Shown here piece by piece: positions 1-15,900 of a stretch of DNA of 64,000 nt; position 1 is the first letter of the stretch; every line of letters begins with the position of its first letter. Made by a program: the position numbers and the translations under genes. The notes below the pieces were generated by a model. The model saw nothing but the letters and a program-made list of their open reading frames with translations. It was not told the origin of the DNA and searched no databases. The stretch is from the human T2T-CHM13v2.0 reference genome, Homo sapiens. The DNA lies in NCBI RefSeq assembly GCF_009914755.1, contig NC_060943.1; one strand, 5' to 3'.

Positions 1-195
<195 letters not shown>

Positions 196-225
196 TCAAA
201 AAAAAAAAAAAAAAAAAAGAAAAAG

Positions 226-334
226 CAATGCACCATAAATGTAATGCCAAAACCATCTCCTCGACACCCCAGTCCATGGAAAAATTATCTTCCATGAAAC
301 CAGTCCCTGGTGCCAAAAGGGTTGGGGACCGCTG
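226..334 (+). mobile_element. MER1 (hAT-Charlie) 3' fragment
   Basis: ccatggaaaaattatcttccatgaaaccagtccctggtgccaaaagggttggggaccgctg terminus. Confidence 0.7.
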
Positions 335-1173
335 ATGTAACCAGTCCCTTGTCAGCAGGAGTTGAGGCTACTTCTAAACGTTGGTAGTCGGGCCATCCTT
401 AAACACAACTCTTTGAAGCCCCTCTAATAATTTCCTTAGGATGGATTGGTTTGTTCCTTAAGCTGGAACCACACTTGCTTGCCATACAACCTCATAGCCG
501 GCCCCAGGAGGGACCCAGAGCCGCCCGCTAAAAGCCTTGGGTGGATTCAGTGGTACTTTGTTAAATTAAGTACATGAATATCCTACGGCCCGGCAATTCC
601 CTCTGGGTATATATTCCACAGAAATGATCATGCAGCTCCCAGAGGGGTCCTGAGGGAGGATTTGCGGTGGGGCAGCTAGAAGCCTCCGGGACGTCCAGTC
701 TCATCAGGAAGCAGTGGGGGACTTGGCAGATGGACGGGGGTGGGTGCCCATCAATTCTGTAGCAGCAACAGCAGCAGAGTGGACACACACAGCAATATGA
801 ACCACTCTCAGAAACACAGGCCGAGCGAACACAGTGAGACAAAGACAGCGATCTTAACGCAGCTTCATCTGCATAAATTAAGAATACGTGTACGCAAAGC
901 AACAATACCCATTTTGCAAGAACACACACAAGCAAAAAATCCACAGTAAACACATTAGGAGGACTTTCTGTGGGGAGAGGGTAAGGCGGGGATATGAGGA
1001 TAAAAGGGAGGGAAGGAGGAAGGAGCCAGTCCGGTGAGGACCAGGTACCTGACTGAGGAGCGAGGAGTGGACAGGCTGGGCCCAGCCGAGGTGGTGCACC
1101 TTCCCCCCAGGTCCCGAGGAGATGGAGGCGAAGATCTGCACCCGGTCTTCTCCCAGGGGGCCAGGGCATGTGA

Positions 1174-1755
<582 letters not shown>

Positions 1756-2162
1756 TAGAGTCCCCCAAAGTCCCCGCAAGGTTCTTGCTGCCCACACCGC
1801 ACCCAGGCCAGGGGCAGGCGAGAACAGGAGTCTCTGAGCCACCCCCCAGAGCTCACGGGAGGGCGTCGCAGGGATTCGCGTCGGCTCCCACCGACAGATG
1901 GCTGCAGGCCTCTGCCAAGGATCCGGGCAGGAGTTCGGGAGCTGGCCTCCCATTCAGAGGCAAACAACTGCTGGGCACCTCCTGTGTGCCAGGCTCGGCC
2001 CTAGGTGCTGGGGATCCGGCAGGGAACATTGCAAAGTCCCTGCCTTCATGCAGGTGGCAGCGCGGCGGGGGACAGATGACAACCAAGGCGGCAGGTCACA
2101 CGGGAGGCTCTGGAATCCCCAGAATTCAGCCTGCCGCTACCAATGCTCCAGTGCCAGGCCCT

Positions 2163-2163
<1 letters not shown>

Positions 2164-2204
<41 letters not shown>
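2164..2204. repeat. (TG)n microsatellite
   Basis: About 20 perfect TG units. Confidence 0.95.
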
Positions 2205-2206
<2 letters not shown>

Positions 2207-2385
2207 TCTGTGTGTAAGGGAGAAGTACACTCAAATGAGGAAGCCACATAGAACTCACAGGGCGGTGCTTCTCTCATCATCCCTCAGACCCAGAAACTCC
2301 GCTTCTAGGAATTTATCCCAAGGGCAGAGTCCAGAACATTAGGAAGAATGAGCCAACGGATGTCCCCCCGGTGTTGTTCATATCA

Positions 2386-3043
<658 letters not shown>

Positions 3044-3125
3044 TCAAAAAAAATAAAAAATAGGCCGGGCGCGGTGGCTCATGCCTGTAATCCCAGCACT
3101 TTGGGAGGCCGAGGCGGGCAGATCA

Positions 3126-3488
<363 letters not shown>

Positions 3489-3786
3489 CTACCCATGGCT
3501 GTGGGATTATGGTTGGCTTCTGTCTTCCTGTTTTTACTTAGGTATATTTTCTAGTTTTTCTCAATTAATTTATATTCATTCTGTAATAAGTAATTAAAAA
3601 TACACTTATGGCTGGGTTAGGTGGTTTATACCTGTAATCCCAGCACTTTGGGAGGCCAAGGTGGGTGAATTGCTTGGGTCCAGGAGTTCAAGACCAGCCT
3701 GGGAAACATAGTGAGACCCTGTCTTCATAAAAAAGAAAAAAAATCGAGACCATCCTGGCTAACACGGTGAAACCCTGTCTCTACTA

Positions 3787-4243
<457 letters not shown>

Positions 4244-4246
4244 TCA

Positions 4247-4417
<171 letters not shown>

Positions 4418-4858
4418 CTAAAAATGAAACCATTTACATAGAGACAGGAAAGAGCCAGGAAGGCATTAGAACAAAATGTAAACAGTAGTTATTTATATCT
4501 GGTGATGGAACTAGGGTGATTTTTTCAATTTTTTATTTGGATAACTAAAGAGTTATTACTTTTTTTTTTTTTTTTTTAAGACAGGGTCTCTCTGTTGCCC
4601 AGGATGGAGTGCAGTGGTGAAATCTCAGCTCACTGCAACCTCTGCCTCCTGGTCTCAAGCAAGCCTCCCACCTCAGCCTCTTAAGTAGCTGGGACCACAG
4701 GCTCATGCCACCATACCTGGCTAATTTTTGGTTTTTTAGTGGAGATGGGGATTTGCTGTGTGGCTCAGGCTGGTCTTGAACTCCTGGGCTCAAGCAATCC
4801 ACCTGCCTCAGTCTCCCAAAGTGCTGGGATTACAGGCATGAGTCACCGCGCCAGGCTA

Positions 4859-5059
<201 letters not shown>

Positions 5060-6404
5060 TCAAGAGACTGAGGCGGAAGACTCGCTTGAACCCGGGAGGT
5101 GGAGGTTACAATGAGCCAACGTTGCGCCACTGCACTCCAGCCTGGGAGACAGAGCGAGACTCTGTCTCAAAATAAATAAATAAATAAATACAAAAATAAA
5201 GAGCCTCTGATTACCCTCGACGTGGTCCATGCCTCTTGCTGTCTGGGATGTGTCCACTGAGGGAGGCCAAGCCCACTGACAAACACTCACAAGCATCCAC
5301 TCTCGTGGACTGGACGAACACACCCTCCATCCATGTCTCTGGGTGGGGCAGGGGGCGGTGCAAGAACCCCTGGGTGGGGAGGATGAGAAATAGAGGCGTC
5401 TGGATCCCTATTGATGCTTTTCACCCTTTGACAATGTCCACCTTGGGTGTGTGCTTTACCAGGTGCATGATATACGGAGGGAGCGGGCCTGTGCATGACT
5501 TATCATAAATGAATGTACGTCCGCTGGTGGCGCTCAGCACGTTTGTGGGACTGAATTGTTCACTGAGCCCCCTCGCCCCCCCACAAAGAGAAACGGGTCC
5601 AGGTTCTACGACGGGGATGTTGCCACGGCCTGGGGCTGCTGGTGAGTGGCGTGGGTGCCTCCCTGTCCCACGCTCTCCCTGGCCATTTCTGCAAAGCGCG
5701 TTTCCCTGGCGTGCCGTCCCAGCCACTGGCTCCTTTTCCTCCTCATTTCTTCCCCACTAGAATGTGAGCTGCCGGGGCTAGGGCTGGGCTTTGCCTGGCT
5801 CGGTCACCACCCAGGACAGGGCTTGGTGCAGAGCCGGTGCTGCCGGTGTCTGTTGAACGTCACGTGTATAAGTGGGGGAAGGATGGAGTGCAGGGAAGCC
5901 GGGGGCAGGTGCATGGGGACCGCACAGTGCGGAATGTCACCGGCTCAAGGGAGATGTGGATGGATCGGTGGAGACTGCAACTAGGGAGATGCAGGGCAGA
6001 CTCAAAGCAAACTGGCAGACATGGGAGCCTGTGGGAGGTGGGCGTGGACAGAGGGACAAGGCCCTGCGGGAGCGGGGGGTGGTGATGTGACGACGCCCCT
6101 GACGTTTCTGGACCCCTTCGCTGGCCCTTGCCCCACAGCCACCAGGAAGGGACTGCTCCCCTGAGAGGTCCCTTTTCTTCCCTGAATCTGGCTCTCAGGA
6201 TGGTCAGATGGGAGCAGCCAAGTCCTCCCACCCTTTCCCAGGGACAGACCAGGCAGAAAAGCAGCCGCATTTCTTACGGGAGCTGTTACATCTGGAAGAT
6301 TAGATCTGGAGGGGCTGGGACCTCTGGCATCGGCACCCTCTTCTCTCCCAGCTTTACAGGCTGGAACAGGAGGAGGCTTGCTTGGAGGCAGGAGTTGGAC
6401 CAAA

Positions 6405-6608
6405 TCAGCCTGGGGTAATGATCCCCTGGGAATCACTGGCAATGCCTGGAGATATTTTTGGAACTGGGGGTGGGGTGCTACTGGCATCTAGTGGCCGGAA
6501 ATGCTGGTAAACATCCTACAGCACACAGGACAGAGCCCCCCACCCTGCCCACCAAAGGATGATAGGGCAGGCCCCAAATGTCAATAGGGCAGAGGTTGAG
6601 AAGCCCTG
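6405..6608 (+). mobile_element. MER20 (hAT)
   Basis: ggcaatgcctggagatatttttgg...gtgctactggcatctagtgg...ccaaatgtcaatag...gaggttgagaagccctg. Confidence 0.7.
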
Positions 6609-7375
6609 CTTTCTAATAGCACAGCTCTGTCCCCCCAAGCCCTCGCTTACGGCCTATCCTAATCAGAGTCATCATTAATTGAGTGGCAGCTGCCCCATCC
6701 TGAGCACCAGCCACAGGCCACCATGGCGCCAAGCACCACAGCGTTCTCAGCCTCTCTGCTCTCCAATTCTCACACCAGCTCCAGGAAATGGGGACGCAAA
6801 CCCTGCACTGCCCGGCAAATGACCATGGAAACGCCTCCTGTCCTCTGACCACTCGCCAGGTGCCAGCACACAAGCTAACGCCCCAATAAGTACCAGACCC
6901 ATCAGCCCTCACAGCAACACCTCAACGCAGGGGCTTGCATTGTCCCCGCTTTTCAGATGAAGAAACTGAGGCTCAGAATCATGCCGTCACCTTCCCAAGG
7001 CCACGAGAGGGTGTGGTGGTGCAGATGCCACAGGGGTCCCTGTGAAAGGGTTGCTCTCCACACCCCAGGGACTCCAGGGCTCGGCCTAGGCCGACCCGCC
7101 TGTCCTGTGCCGGGGGGGCTGGGCAGGTGGCCTGCACTTGGGCCCCGACACGGTGGCTCAGAGACAGGGAGCACTGTGCTCTCAAAGCCCGGAGGGCCTC
7201 CACTCCACCTCGGGAGCCCGGCTCCAGCTGATAGGATGCAGACCCGCAGGCCACATCCACAGGTGCCGGAGACGGGGAAGCCCCGGTGTGGGGAGGCCCA
7301 GAAGGGATGGGCTACATCTGCATGCCTCCCCAGTGTCCCCTCCAAGGTCCCCCTCTGCCCGCTGGCCCCGCATAC

Positions 7376-7672
7376 CTGGATGCCGTTCTCTTGCAGGTTC
7401 AGGTACCGCGTGTTGACCGGGATGCTGGCTGGGACCTCGGCCAGGTCTCTCCGTGTGCAGATCACCCGGCTGGCCTGGTTGCTGCAGGAGCAGGCCACGG
7501 GGCAGGAGGTGGCCGGCGGGGAGCCCCCTCCGGCGGCAGACGTCACGGCCACTCCACCTCCACCGGCCCCCAGGGGTGGGGAGAAGAGCCAGAGGAAGAG
7601 CAATGCCCCGTGGGGCCAGGACATCCTACCGGGCGGCAGCGGGGGGCACGGGGAGCCGCGGGCACGCGCCAT
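7376..7672 (-). CDS. LRRC4B: LRRC4B (netrin-G ligand 3, NGL-3) first coding exon: signal peptide, LRRNT cap and start of LRR1; 99 codons, phase-0 intron follows
   Basis: Translation [36 protein letters not shown]...[44 protein letters not shown] has a hydrophobic signal peptide and a CPxxCxC...VxC LRRNT motif and matches recalled LRRC4B. ATG is in a strong Kozak context (gaggATGg). Donor CAG|GTATGC at 7376/7375. Confidence 0.96.
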
Positions 7673-7707
7673 CCTCAATGTTCATGCTCCGCGTGGACGC
7701 TGGGGGG
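7376..7707 (-). other. LRRC4B: LRRC4B exon 2 (35 nt 5'UTR + 297 nt CDS)
   Basis: Polypyrimidine tract plus CAG acceptor (minus strand ...ctctcccccacccacag|cccccc, AG at 7709-7708) and GT donor at 7375. Confidence 0.9.
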
Positions 7708-9996
7708 CTGTGGGTGGGGGAGAGAAGGGGGAGAGGCTTGGTGAGGGACAGGAGCCCATGTGGCCCGGGTGCTTGCCAACACCCAGGCAGCCCCATCGCC
7801 GCCTCCCTGCCCCATGCCCAGAACAAAGGGACAGGGAGGGAGACAGCTGCCGATGGACCCACCCAGCAGGCTGGGGCAGGCAGAGGGAAGCTTGGCCCGC
7901 CTGGCCCTGCACTAGCTCATCCTCTCCATGCTGGCAAGATTCTACGCCCATTCTGCAGCAGGGAAAACTGAGGCTGGGGGAGAGGAAGTGCCTGCCCAAG
8001 GTCACTCAGCCAGTAAGTGCAGAAGTTGTCCAGATTCAAAACCCAGTTCTTTGCATGACTTCAAAAAGGTAGATACATCAGAGGAGTGAGACAGACAGAC
8101 AGACAGACAAGGCGAGGGGGCAGAAACGGGGAAAAGCAAGCGAGGTGGCGAGGACCTCGCTCCCATCCCAACACCCGCCCGGTCCCCTTGCCACCTGCGT
8201 GATCACCTGGGAGGTGGGTCCCAGCCTCCTCTCCCCTCCACTCCCTCCCCCTCTCCCCATCCCAGGGATGTTAGCGAAGAGATGCATTTCCCCCACCCCC
8301 TGTGCCCTCAGCTAAACCGAAAGACCCTCCGCTGCACACCCTCCTGTCACTGCCCACCCTGTCCAGGCCCTGTGGGGGCCTCACAGCAGCTTCAGAGACT
8401 TGAGTCAGACTCATGGGAGAATCTGAGGGAGAGAGAGGTAAGGTGGCAGACAAGGCAACCGTGGAGGTGACAGGTGTGGGCAGGTGAAGGGAGGGCTGGG
8501 AGGCAGCAGGGTGAAGAGGGAGGAGACTGGAGCTTGTGTGTGAGGGTGGCTGGGGACCTGACGGGGGGCGGCACAGGCCGAAAGGCCACCAGCTGCACCC
8601 CCTCCTTTGCCCCGAGACTGTGGGTGCTCCAGGCAGAGACAGCCCCGATGGGACTCATGCCAGCTGCTGCCGCAGGACCGAGCTTGGTTCTCGGGGAGGG
8701 GATGGGGAAGGGAAGGGGGTCCAGGGACTCTGCCTGGGTTCTGGGAGGAAAGCAGACAGCGGGGACTCGGGCCCTCTGAGAAGTCACGCTGTACCTCCCC
8801 AATCTGTCCTGCCCCGCCATTTCCATGGAACCAGAGAGGGAAAGGGGATGGGTGAGTCACAGCAACGATACCAGTAACAATAGTCTCTCCGGAACACTGG
8901 GTGAGCCCTTGCAATGCAGCAAACTGTATCCCGGTCATCTCATGTGAGCCTCATAATGACCATAGGAGAAAGCTATTAGGATGCCCAATTTACAGATGGG
9001 GACACTGAGGCACTATGAGGGAAAACGGCCTGTCCAAGGGCACAGAGCAGGCCGGGAGGGCGCAGAGGGGGTACTTCGGCCCTGGGTCTACCCTCTGGCT
9101 CCCAGCTCTCCTTTGCACGCAGCATCTCTGAGTACACACAAATACACCCACACCAGCAGGCCCTGCCCCAACACAGGCCAACCCCAAACCATTCCCAAGA
9201 GACCAGGAGGAGGGCAGGTCACACAAACACGCACACCGACCCACTCACACACTCAGCAGTGATGGGGCACACCCTCTCACGGTGGACTCTCAGGACCCCC
9301 GACACAGGCTCACCCCCAGGCACACGGCTATGCACACACACAGTCACTCCCTCCTCCTGCAGTTTCCAAGACCATTTTAACCCAGATAAAAATGTGTGTG
9401 CATACGTCTGTGTATCTGAGTGCATGTGTGAGAGCGAGGGCTAGACAGAGACACAGAGAGACAGAGACAGAAGCAGAGGCAGAGAGACAGAGGGCAGGGG
9501 AAAGAGGGAGCTGGGGAGAGAAAGAGAGAGAGGTTGATTCTGTGTCCACCCGGGCTCATTTTTCTCCTGCAGGGCTGGGGCCGTGTGTCTGTGTCTGACT
9601 ATGTGAGTGCGGTGAGGGTCTTCATTTTCCTGAATGTGAACAGGGAGGTCAATGCCCAGTCCTTATCCTGGGTCTGGGGCTCCTACCTCTTAAGACCCTG
9701 GCGATGATCCAGCCCACACCCTCTTAGCCAAAGGGCTGGCCCAAAGCGCAGGGCCTGGATTTGAGGCCGGGGGACCCCGCAGGGCCTGTGGGAGCCCACG
9801 GCACCCACCCCGGCCTCCAGGCCTGCCGCTGCCATGTCTACCTCCGCATCTGTCCCCAGCTCTCCCGCTGCCAGCCCGCATCCCCCCACCCCCATCACGG
9901 CTTCTGCAGCGACTCGGCCTCCCTCCCCTTCCCCCCGCCGCCCTCCGCCATCTCCCATCCTTTTCTCCCCACAACCCCACGGTGGGGGACACTCAC

Positions 9997-10260
9997 CCTG
10001 GTGGCTTGGCTTCCGCTGGGCCTCTCCCTGCGCCCAGGCCCCCCCCTCCACATGCCTCCGGCCAGCCGGGGTCTCTGCCTCCCCAGTTCTCCAGGGCTTC
10101 CTGTCGAGATCGTGCTGGGGGGGGCGCAGGGGCTTCTTGGGTCTCCCCGCGCCCCCCCCACTGGCCTGTCGCCCTTCCCACCCCTGGGGGGGGCTGTCCT
10201 TTGGCCACTGCAGCAGTTCTCTGCTCCCCTCCCCGCTCGCCTCCTCCGGTCTCCTTCCAC
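9997..10260 (-). other. Candidate alternative LRRC4B first exon (proximal promoter)
   Basis: Near-consensus donor CAGG|GTGAGT (GT at 9996-9995) in a CpG-enriched GC patch 2.3 kb upstream of the exon 2 acceptor. The 5' end is not definable from sequence. Confidence 0.4.
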
Positions 10261-11344
10261 CCCCTCTCCCACCTCTACCTCGACTCTCCCCCGACCGCAG
10301 CCTCCTTTCTCTCCACCCACCGACCCCAGCCCCCTTAACTCTCTCTCTGCCCCTCTCGGTCCTCCCCCTCCGCCTCTGGTCCCCGTCCACCTCCTCTGGC
10401 CTCAACCCCCTCCTGAGTCTCCCCCCTCACAATCTTGCCTCCCTCGGGACCCCCAGGCCCCTTCTCTCCTTCTCCTCCATCTATTCCTCCCTCTTGCTCT
10501 ATCCCTGTCACCCTCTCATCGGCCCTGAGCCCGTCTCAGTCAGGTTGTCTGTCTGTCCGTCTGTCTTGGTCCCTTTCTCCCCGGCTCTGTCTGTCTCTCT
10601 CTTTCTCCGCGATTACAATTTCTAGTCACACGGCAGTGCAGAGCCAAGCTGTGCCTCAGCTCCCTCCCTCCCCACCCCTCCCTCCTTCTTTCTCTCCTTC
10701 TGAACGGGGAGGGCGCCTCTCCTCCCTCCTCCTCAGCCTCCCTTCCCTGCGCCGCCTGGGGGAGGCCTCCCCCTCCCCCGCTAATCAAAGGCTCCGTTAT
10801 CTAATTAACCCATTGGTTCTGGGCAGCCGAGGAGGCAGCCGAGGAAGGTCGGGGGAAGCGGGGGAGGAAGGTTGCCGGCTGGGCTGCCCAAGAAAGGGGG
10901 GTGGTTGGGCCGTGCCAAGCCGGAGCCTCATGGCACACAGACAGCCTCGTTGGCTGCATGACCGGGCTGGGCCACCACTGACCCCCTCGCCCCCACTTCC
11001 AGCCAAAACCCCCCAGCTTCACACCCCCCACTGGGTCTAGGCACACAATCTTGCCCAGCGTTTTCCTGCAGATGCCCCTGTACCCCAGGAACTCCTTTGA
11101 ACCCCCACCATGCCACACAGCCTTTACTCCAACCCTGATATACCACACCTGATATACCGGCACTGGAACCTGCGCCCTGCACCGTCACCCCGTCCCGTGG
11201 CTGAGGGCCAGCCCCTCTCCATGCCACAAAGGCCCCCACCCCTAGAGGAACCCCTCTCCCTTGGACCTTAGCCAGATCCTGACATCCACCTCCTGACACA
11301 CTTCTGCAAAATCTGCAGGGCAGCCACGTTCATTCATTCAACTT

Positions 11345-11622
11345 ATCCGCCCATCCATCCGTCCATCCATCCGTCCACCCATCCGTCCATCCATCTGTCC
11401 ATCCATCCATCCATCCATCCATCCATCCATCCATTCATCCATCCGCCCATCCGTCCATCCATCCATCCATCCATCCATCCATCCATCCATCCACCCATCC
11501 GTCCATCCATCCGCCCATCCGTCCATCCGTCTATCCATCCGTCCTTCCATCCCTCCGCCCATCCATCCACCCATCCATCCATCCATCCATCCGTCCACCC
11601 ATCCATCCTTCCATCCATCTGT
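11345..11622. repeat. (CCAT/CCGT)n tetranucleotide repeat
   Basis: About 280 bp of ccat with ccgt/ccgc/ccac variants. Confidence 0.95.
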
Positions 11623-11899
11623 CCAACAAATGTCTACCCAGTCCCTGCTATGTGCTAGACACTAGCCCAGGACACCCATGGGCCACAAAAGGCACCTCTC
11701 GAGAGTGGGGCACATTGGTGAGTGCCGAGAGGCCTGGGTTTGAGTCCTGACTCTGCTGCCACTTCCCGTGTAACCTCGGGCCGGTGGCTTATTCTCCCAA
11801 GCTGCAGTTCCCTCCACTGTGAAACAGGGATAATGGGAGTATCTGCCTCCTAGGGCCACTGTGGGGATTAAATCGCTAAATCCTTGGTAAAGAGTTCTG

Positions 11900-12600
11900 T
11901 CTTCACAACATATGCGGAATCAGACCCCAGAATCAGAGGATCTTTCTCCCCACGCCCAGGCTACTTCCCTGACCTGGCTCCCATCTCCCTCTTGAACGAT
12001 TACAGTGTCCTCCCCTCCAGCCTCCCCATTTCTGCCTTCACCCCCACTCCCCGTGCGTTCCCCACGGGCAGCGAGGGGTATCCTGTCAACACCCCATGGA
12101 CCCTGCCCCGCCTCTGCTCCACAGCCTTCCACAGCTCCCGTCCCACTCAGAGCAGAGGTGAGGACTTCAGTTTTCAGGTCTCCACTCTCCACCCCAGCTC
12201 CTCCTCTGACCTCATCGCTTCCCTCCTCCCCCTGCTCACTCGCTGTTTCCAGAACAGGCCGTGCACACCCCGGCCCCAGGGCCTTTGCACCTGCTCTTCC
12301 CTTTTCCTGGAATGCTCTTTGCCGGTTGTCCACAGGGCTCTTGCCCTGCTCTCTATCAGGTCCGTGCTCCAATGCTACCTTCTCAGTGAGGCCGTCCTGA
12401 CCGCCCCGCATCAAACAGCACCCCTATCCCTCTCCAGAACCTTCTCTGTTTCCTTTTTCTCCATGACATTTATCAGCATCTGAGCTTTTATATGGGTCCG
12501 TGCGCTTGAAGGCAAGTTTCCCGAGGGCAGTCAGTTTGTGACTATTTGGTTCCCAGGACCCACAACAGTGCTGGGCACATGGCAGTTGCTCACCAAACAC
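11900..12600 (+). mobile_element. L2 LINE 3' remnant
   Basis: cagggcctttgcacctgct...ttcctggaatgctctt...cagtgctgggcacatggcag. Confidence 0.55.
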
Positions 12601-12824
12601 TGGGTGCAGGGACGGATGGGTACGTTATCATCACTGTGAGTCTATTTCCCCCCACGCTCACACACAGATACCCCCACTCTCCGTTCTGCACACCGAGCCA
12701 GGCCGCACTGCAATAGCTGCACAATGCAGGCTCCCAGCCCTGGACACCCTCGGTCCCCAGGTCCCCTTCCATCCCAGGAGGCCTGCTGGCAGAGGCAGCA
12801 CCTTTTTTTTTTTTTTTTTTTTGA

Positions 12825-12932
<108 letters not shown>

Positions 12933-15900
12933 TAGCTGAGACTACAGGCGCTCACCACCACCCCGGCTAATTTTTGTATTTTAAGTTAGAATCGGGGGTT
13001 TCACCATGTGGGCCAGGCTGGTCTTGAACTCCTGACCTCCAGTGATCCACCTGCCTTGGCCTCCCAAAGTGCTGGGATGACAGGTGTGGGCCACCGTACC
13101 TGGCCGAGGAAGCACACATCTCACGTCAGCTGGACACCAATGTCCCGGGTCACCCTCCATGCCCTGGGTCACCCTCCGTGCCCCAGCACCACCCGGATGG
13201 CTAAGTCCCAGATACTACACCTCAGGTTCCAAACAGGAGGTCCCCAGCGCAGCTCCGTGCACCCAGAGGAAAGCTACCACTCTGCCCAAACCTCAGATAC
13301 CACCTGCGTGAGCTACACTCCTGGATACAGCTGCATACTGAGAGGGCACCTGGCCCCAGTTGTCCCCAGATAGAGCCCTCTGACCTGGATAACAGGAATG
13401 CTGGCTAACCTCATCTCTTCCGCACACACATCTGACTTGCGTGAACTCACTGAATAATGACACCACCAAAGGTGGTAACGTCCAACACACATCTGGCACT
13501 GACTGGGCACCATTCTGGGAGCTTTACTTGCATTAGCCACCGCAGTTCACATCAACCCTCTGAGAGAAGACTGCTATTACACCCAGTTCCCAGCTAGCAA
13601 AGCTGAGACACACAGAGGTACTGTTAGTTGCCTAATGCGAAACACACGGCTAGGAAGTGGCCCCTCCTAGGTCAGCCTTGCCAGAGTCCAGGGGCCCCAA
13701 AGACCCCCAAGTGTGGCCTGACAGCAGCAACAATTCCCATGGAGGCTGCCTGTGTGTGGGGGGCAGGGTGCAGGCAAGGCCACAGGCATGCTGAACAGCC
13801 ACCCTTCCTCAGCCCCTGCAGTCACCCGCACTGCACAGGATATCACACGCCCGACACCCCACCACGGCTTCACGCCCGGCTGGCAGAGGCTCCATGGACT
13901 GCCCTCTGCCCCCACGCACCCCTAGTAGTGATGGGAAATACTGATTACATGTGGGTGCCATGCTATCCACTCCTCAAGCTGCTGGCTTCTCCCCACGGCC
14001 CTGGGAGGAAGGGATGGTTCTTGTGCCCATTTTACAGATTCAGAGGTGAGCGGCACTTGCCAAAGGTTACACAGCCCTCCAGCAGCACAGCCGGCATTGG
14101 AACCCCAGTCCCAGAACTTAGCCAGGTCACCACGGTTGCCTCTCCCACCGCAGCTGCCCCGGGAGAGGACCCATCACAAGGGTACACCTGTTCTCCTCCC
14201 TCACCTGGTGCAAGGAACAAGCCAGAGGTGCAGACACAGAAGGACCCCAAAGAGGAGAAGTACGAGGGGCAGAGAGTGGCAGAGTCACAGGGAGACAGAC
14301 ACAGGCATACAAAGGGGCATGAAAGGGGCAGGAGGACAGGAGGCCCCGAGATGGAGCTGAGATCCAGGCGAAGGCAGAGGCTGGGAGGGCCCGGGCACTC
14401 GAGGCGTGAAGCTGAGTCCTCACCGGCTTCGCCATCCTCCCCAGCCCCAGCTCTGAGAGATCTCGGGCACTGTGCCTGGGAGGATTCAGGCAGATGGCAG
14501 ATCGGAAACTCGGGGACCCAGGAGAGGCGGGGTGAGGAGAAATGGGAGGCAGGGAACGTTCCTGTCAGGCGCACTCATTTTTTGGGGTGGGGTGGGGGGC
14601 TAAATTCAGACGGCCAGAGGGAAGATAGGAAATTGACTACCATTGCAGCAAGAGGCCTGGAGGTTAGAGCTAGAGAAGAACTTCCCCACTGCGAGGGACT
14701 GGGGCAGAAGTGGAGCCTGGAGCCCAGAGGGTGGAGAGGGATTGAAGCCGGGGAGGGATGAGCCCTTCTGTCCCTGGAAGCCGGTCCTATGGGAGAGACC
14801 CGGGTTCTGGGGGAGGGGACAGGCAGCGCTGGCGTTCTGAGCCAATCCATGTCCTGAATGCTTTCAAAATAAAAGCAGCCCCACAGCGCCGAGAATTGTC
14901 AGGCTTCTATGTCTGGAGGTAGAAGAACCTTAGGGAAAGGGCAGTCCAGGCCCCCTAGGAGCTGCTGATGAGGAAGCAGGACTAGGGGCTTGGCTCAGCT
15001 CACGAATTTCCCGGGCCACTGGCCACTGGGCAGCAGGACCAACAGGCGGCCCGTGCAGTGGGGGTGCAGTCGGGGTGGGGGTGAGGTGCAGTGGGTGGGG
15101 GTGAGGTGGTGACTTGCTTGGAGGGGGGCTGTCCTTTCCCGTGCAGCCACGCCGCTCTCCCCCAGGCTCCTCCCACCCACCAGGCGCCTCCCACCCAGGC
15201 TCTTCCCATCCACACCAGACCCGTTCCCCTGAGGGGACTTTGCCCCTGCTGTGCCCTCGGCCAGCCGGGGGTGCTCTTCCTGGGGTCAGGGGGGGCTCTG
15301 CGTTCCCACGACACCTCCAGGAGGTCTTCTTTGAGCTCCCCCTACCGTCCGTATCCCTTGCACTTCCTTTTCTTCACAGCTCGTGTCACGGCCACCCAGC
15401 ACCTGATGCTCGGTGATTTGTTCCTGCGTTCATTGCCTGCCTTCCTGCTAAGAGGGGAGCCCCTGAGGGCTTTGCCGCGGCGTCCACGGCTGCATCCTCA
15501 AGGCCGGCCAACGGCGCTGGCCCCTCCGAGCCTCAGTATTTGCTGCAGGAACGAGCGAGCCAGCGCCCCCTACCGGCAGTTCCTCTGCTGGCACCCGAGG
15601 CAAGGAGCCCTGGGTCTCTAGGGAGGCAAGTGTGGGGGTGGGGGAGCCGTCCGAGGGCTAAGTGAGAGGGCGGGCACAGGGTGGGCCCCGGAACGTCCAG
15701 GAGGGAAGCCGGGAGGAGGGAATGTCGAGCTGTTACAGAGGCCGTGGCAATGGGCCGGGGGCGGGGGGGCCCTCCTTCCTCTCACAACGGGCTGTGACAA
15801 CAGAGGGGCAGGCTCAGCTCTGGTGGGTGAAGGACCCCTCTGAGTGGACTGGAGCGGCGCGGCTGGAGGCCAGGGAGGAGCTGCGCCAGGGGTCCGGGGG

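Noticed and set aside
6953-7375. ORF continuation after ENGIQ
   Set aside because: Lies beyond the CAG|GTATGC donor and the LRR pattern is lost, so it is intron read-through
6957-8072. 371-aa plus-strand ORF
   Set aside because: Antisense shadow of the GC-rich LRRC4B exon
11338-11618. (MDGW)n ORFs or a CRISPR-like array
   Set aside because: Simple tetranucleotide repeat with no unique spacers
13628-14761. 377-aa plus-strand ORF
   Set aside because: No domain, includes MIR-like sequence and has a non-ATG start
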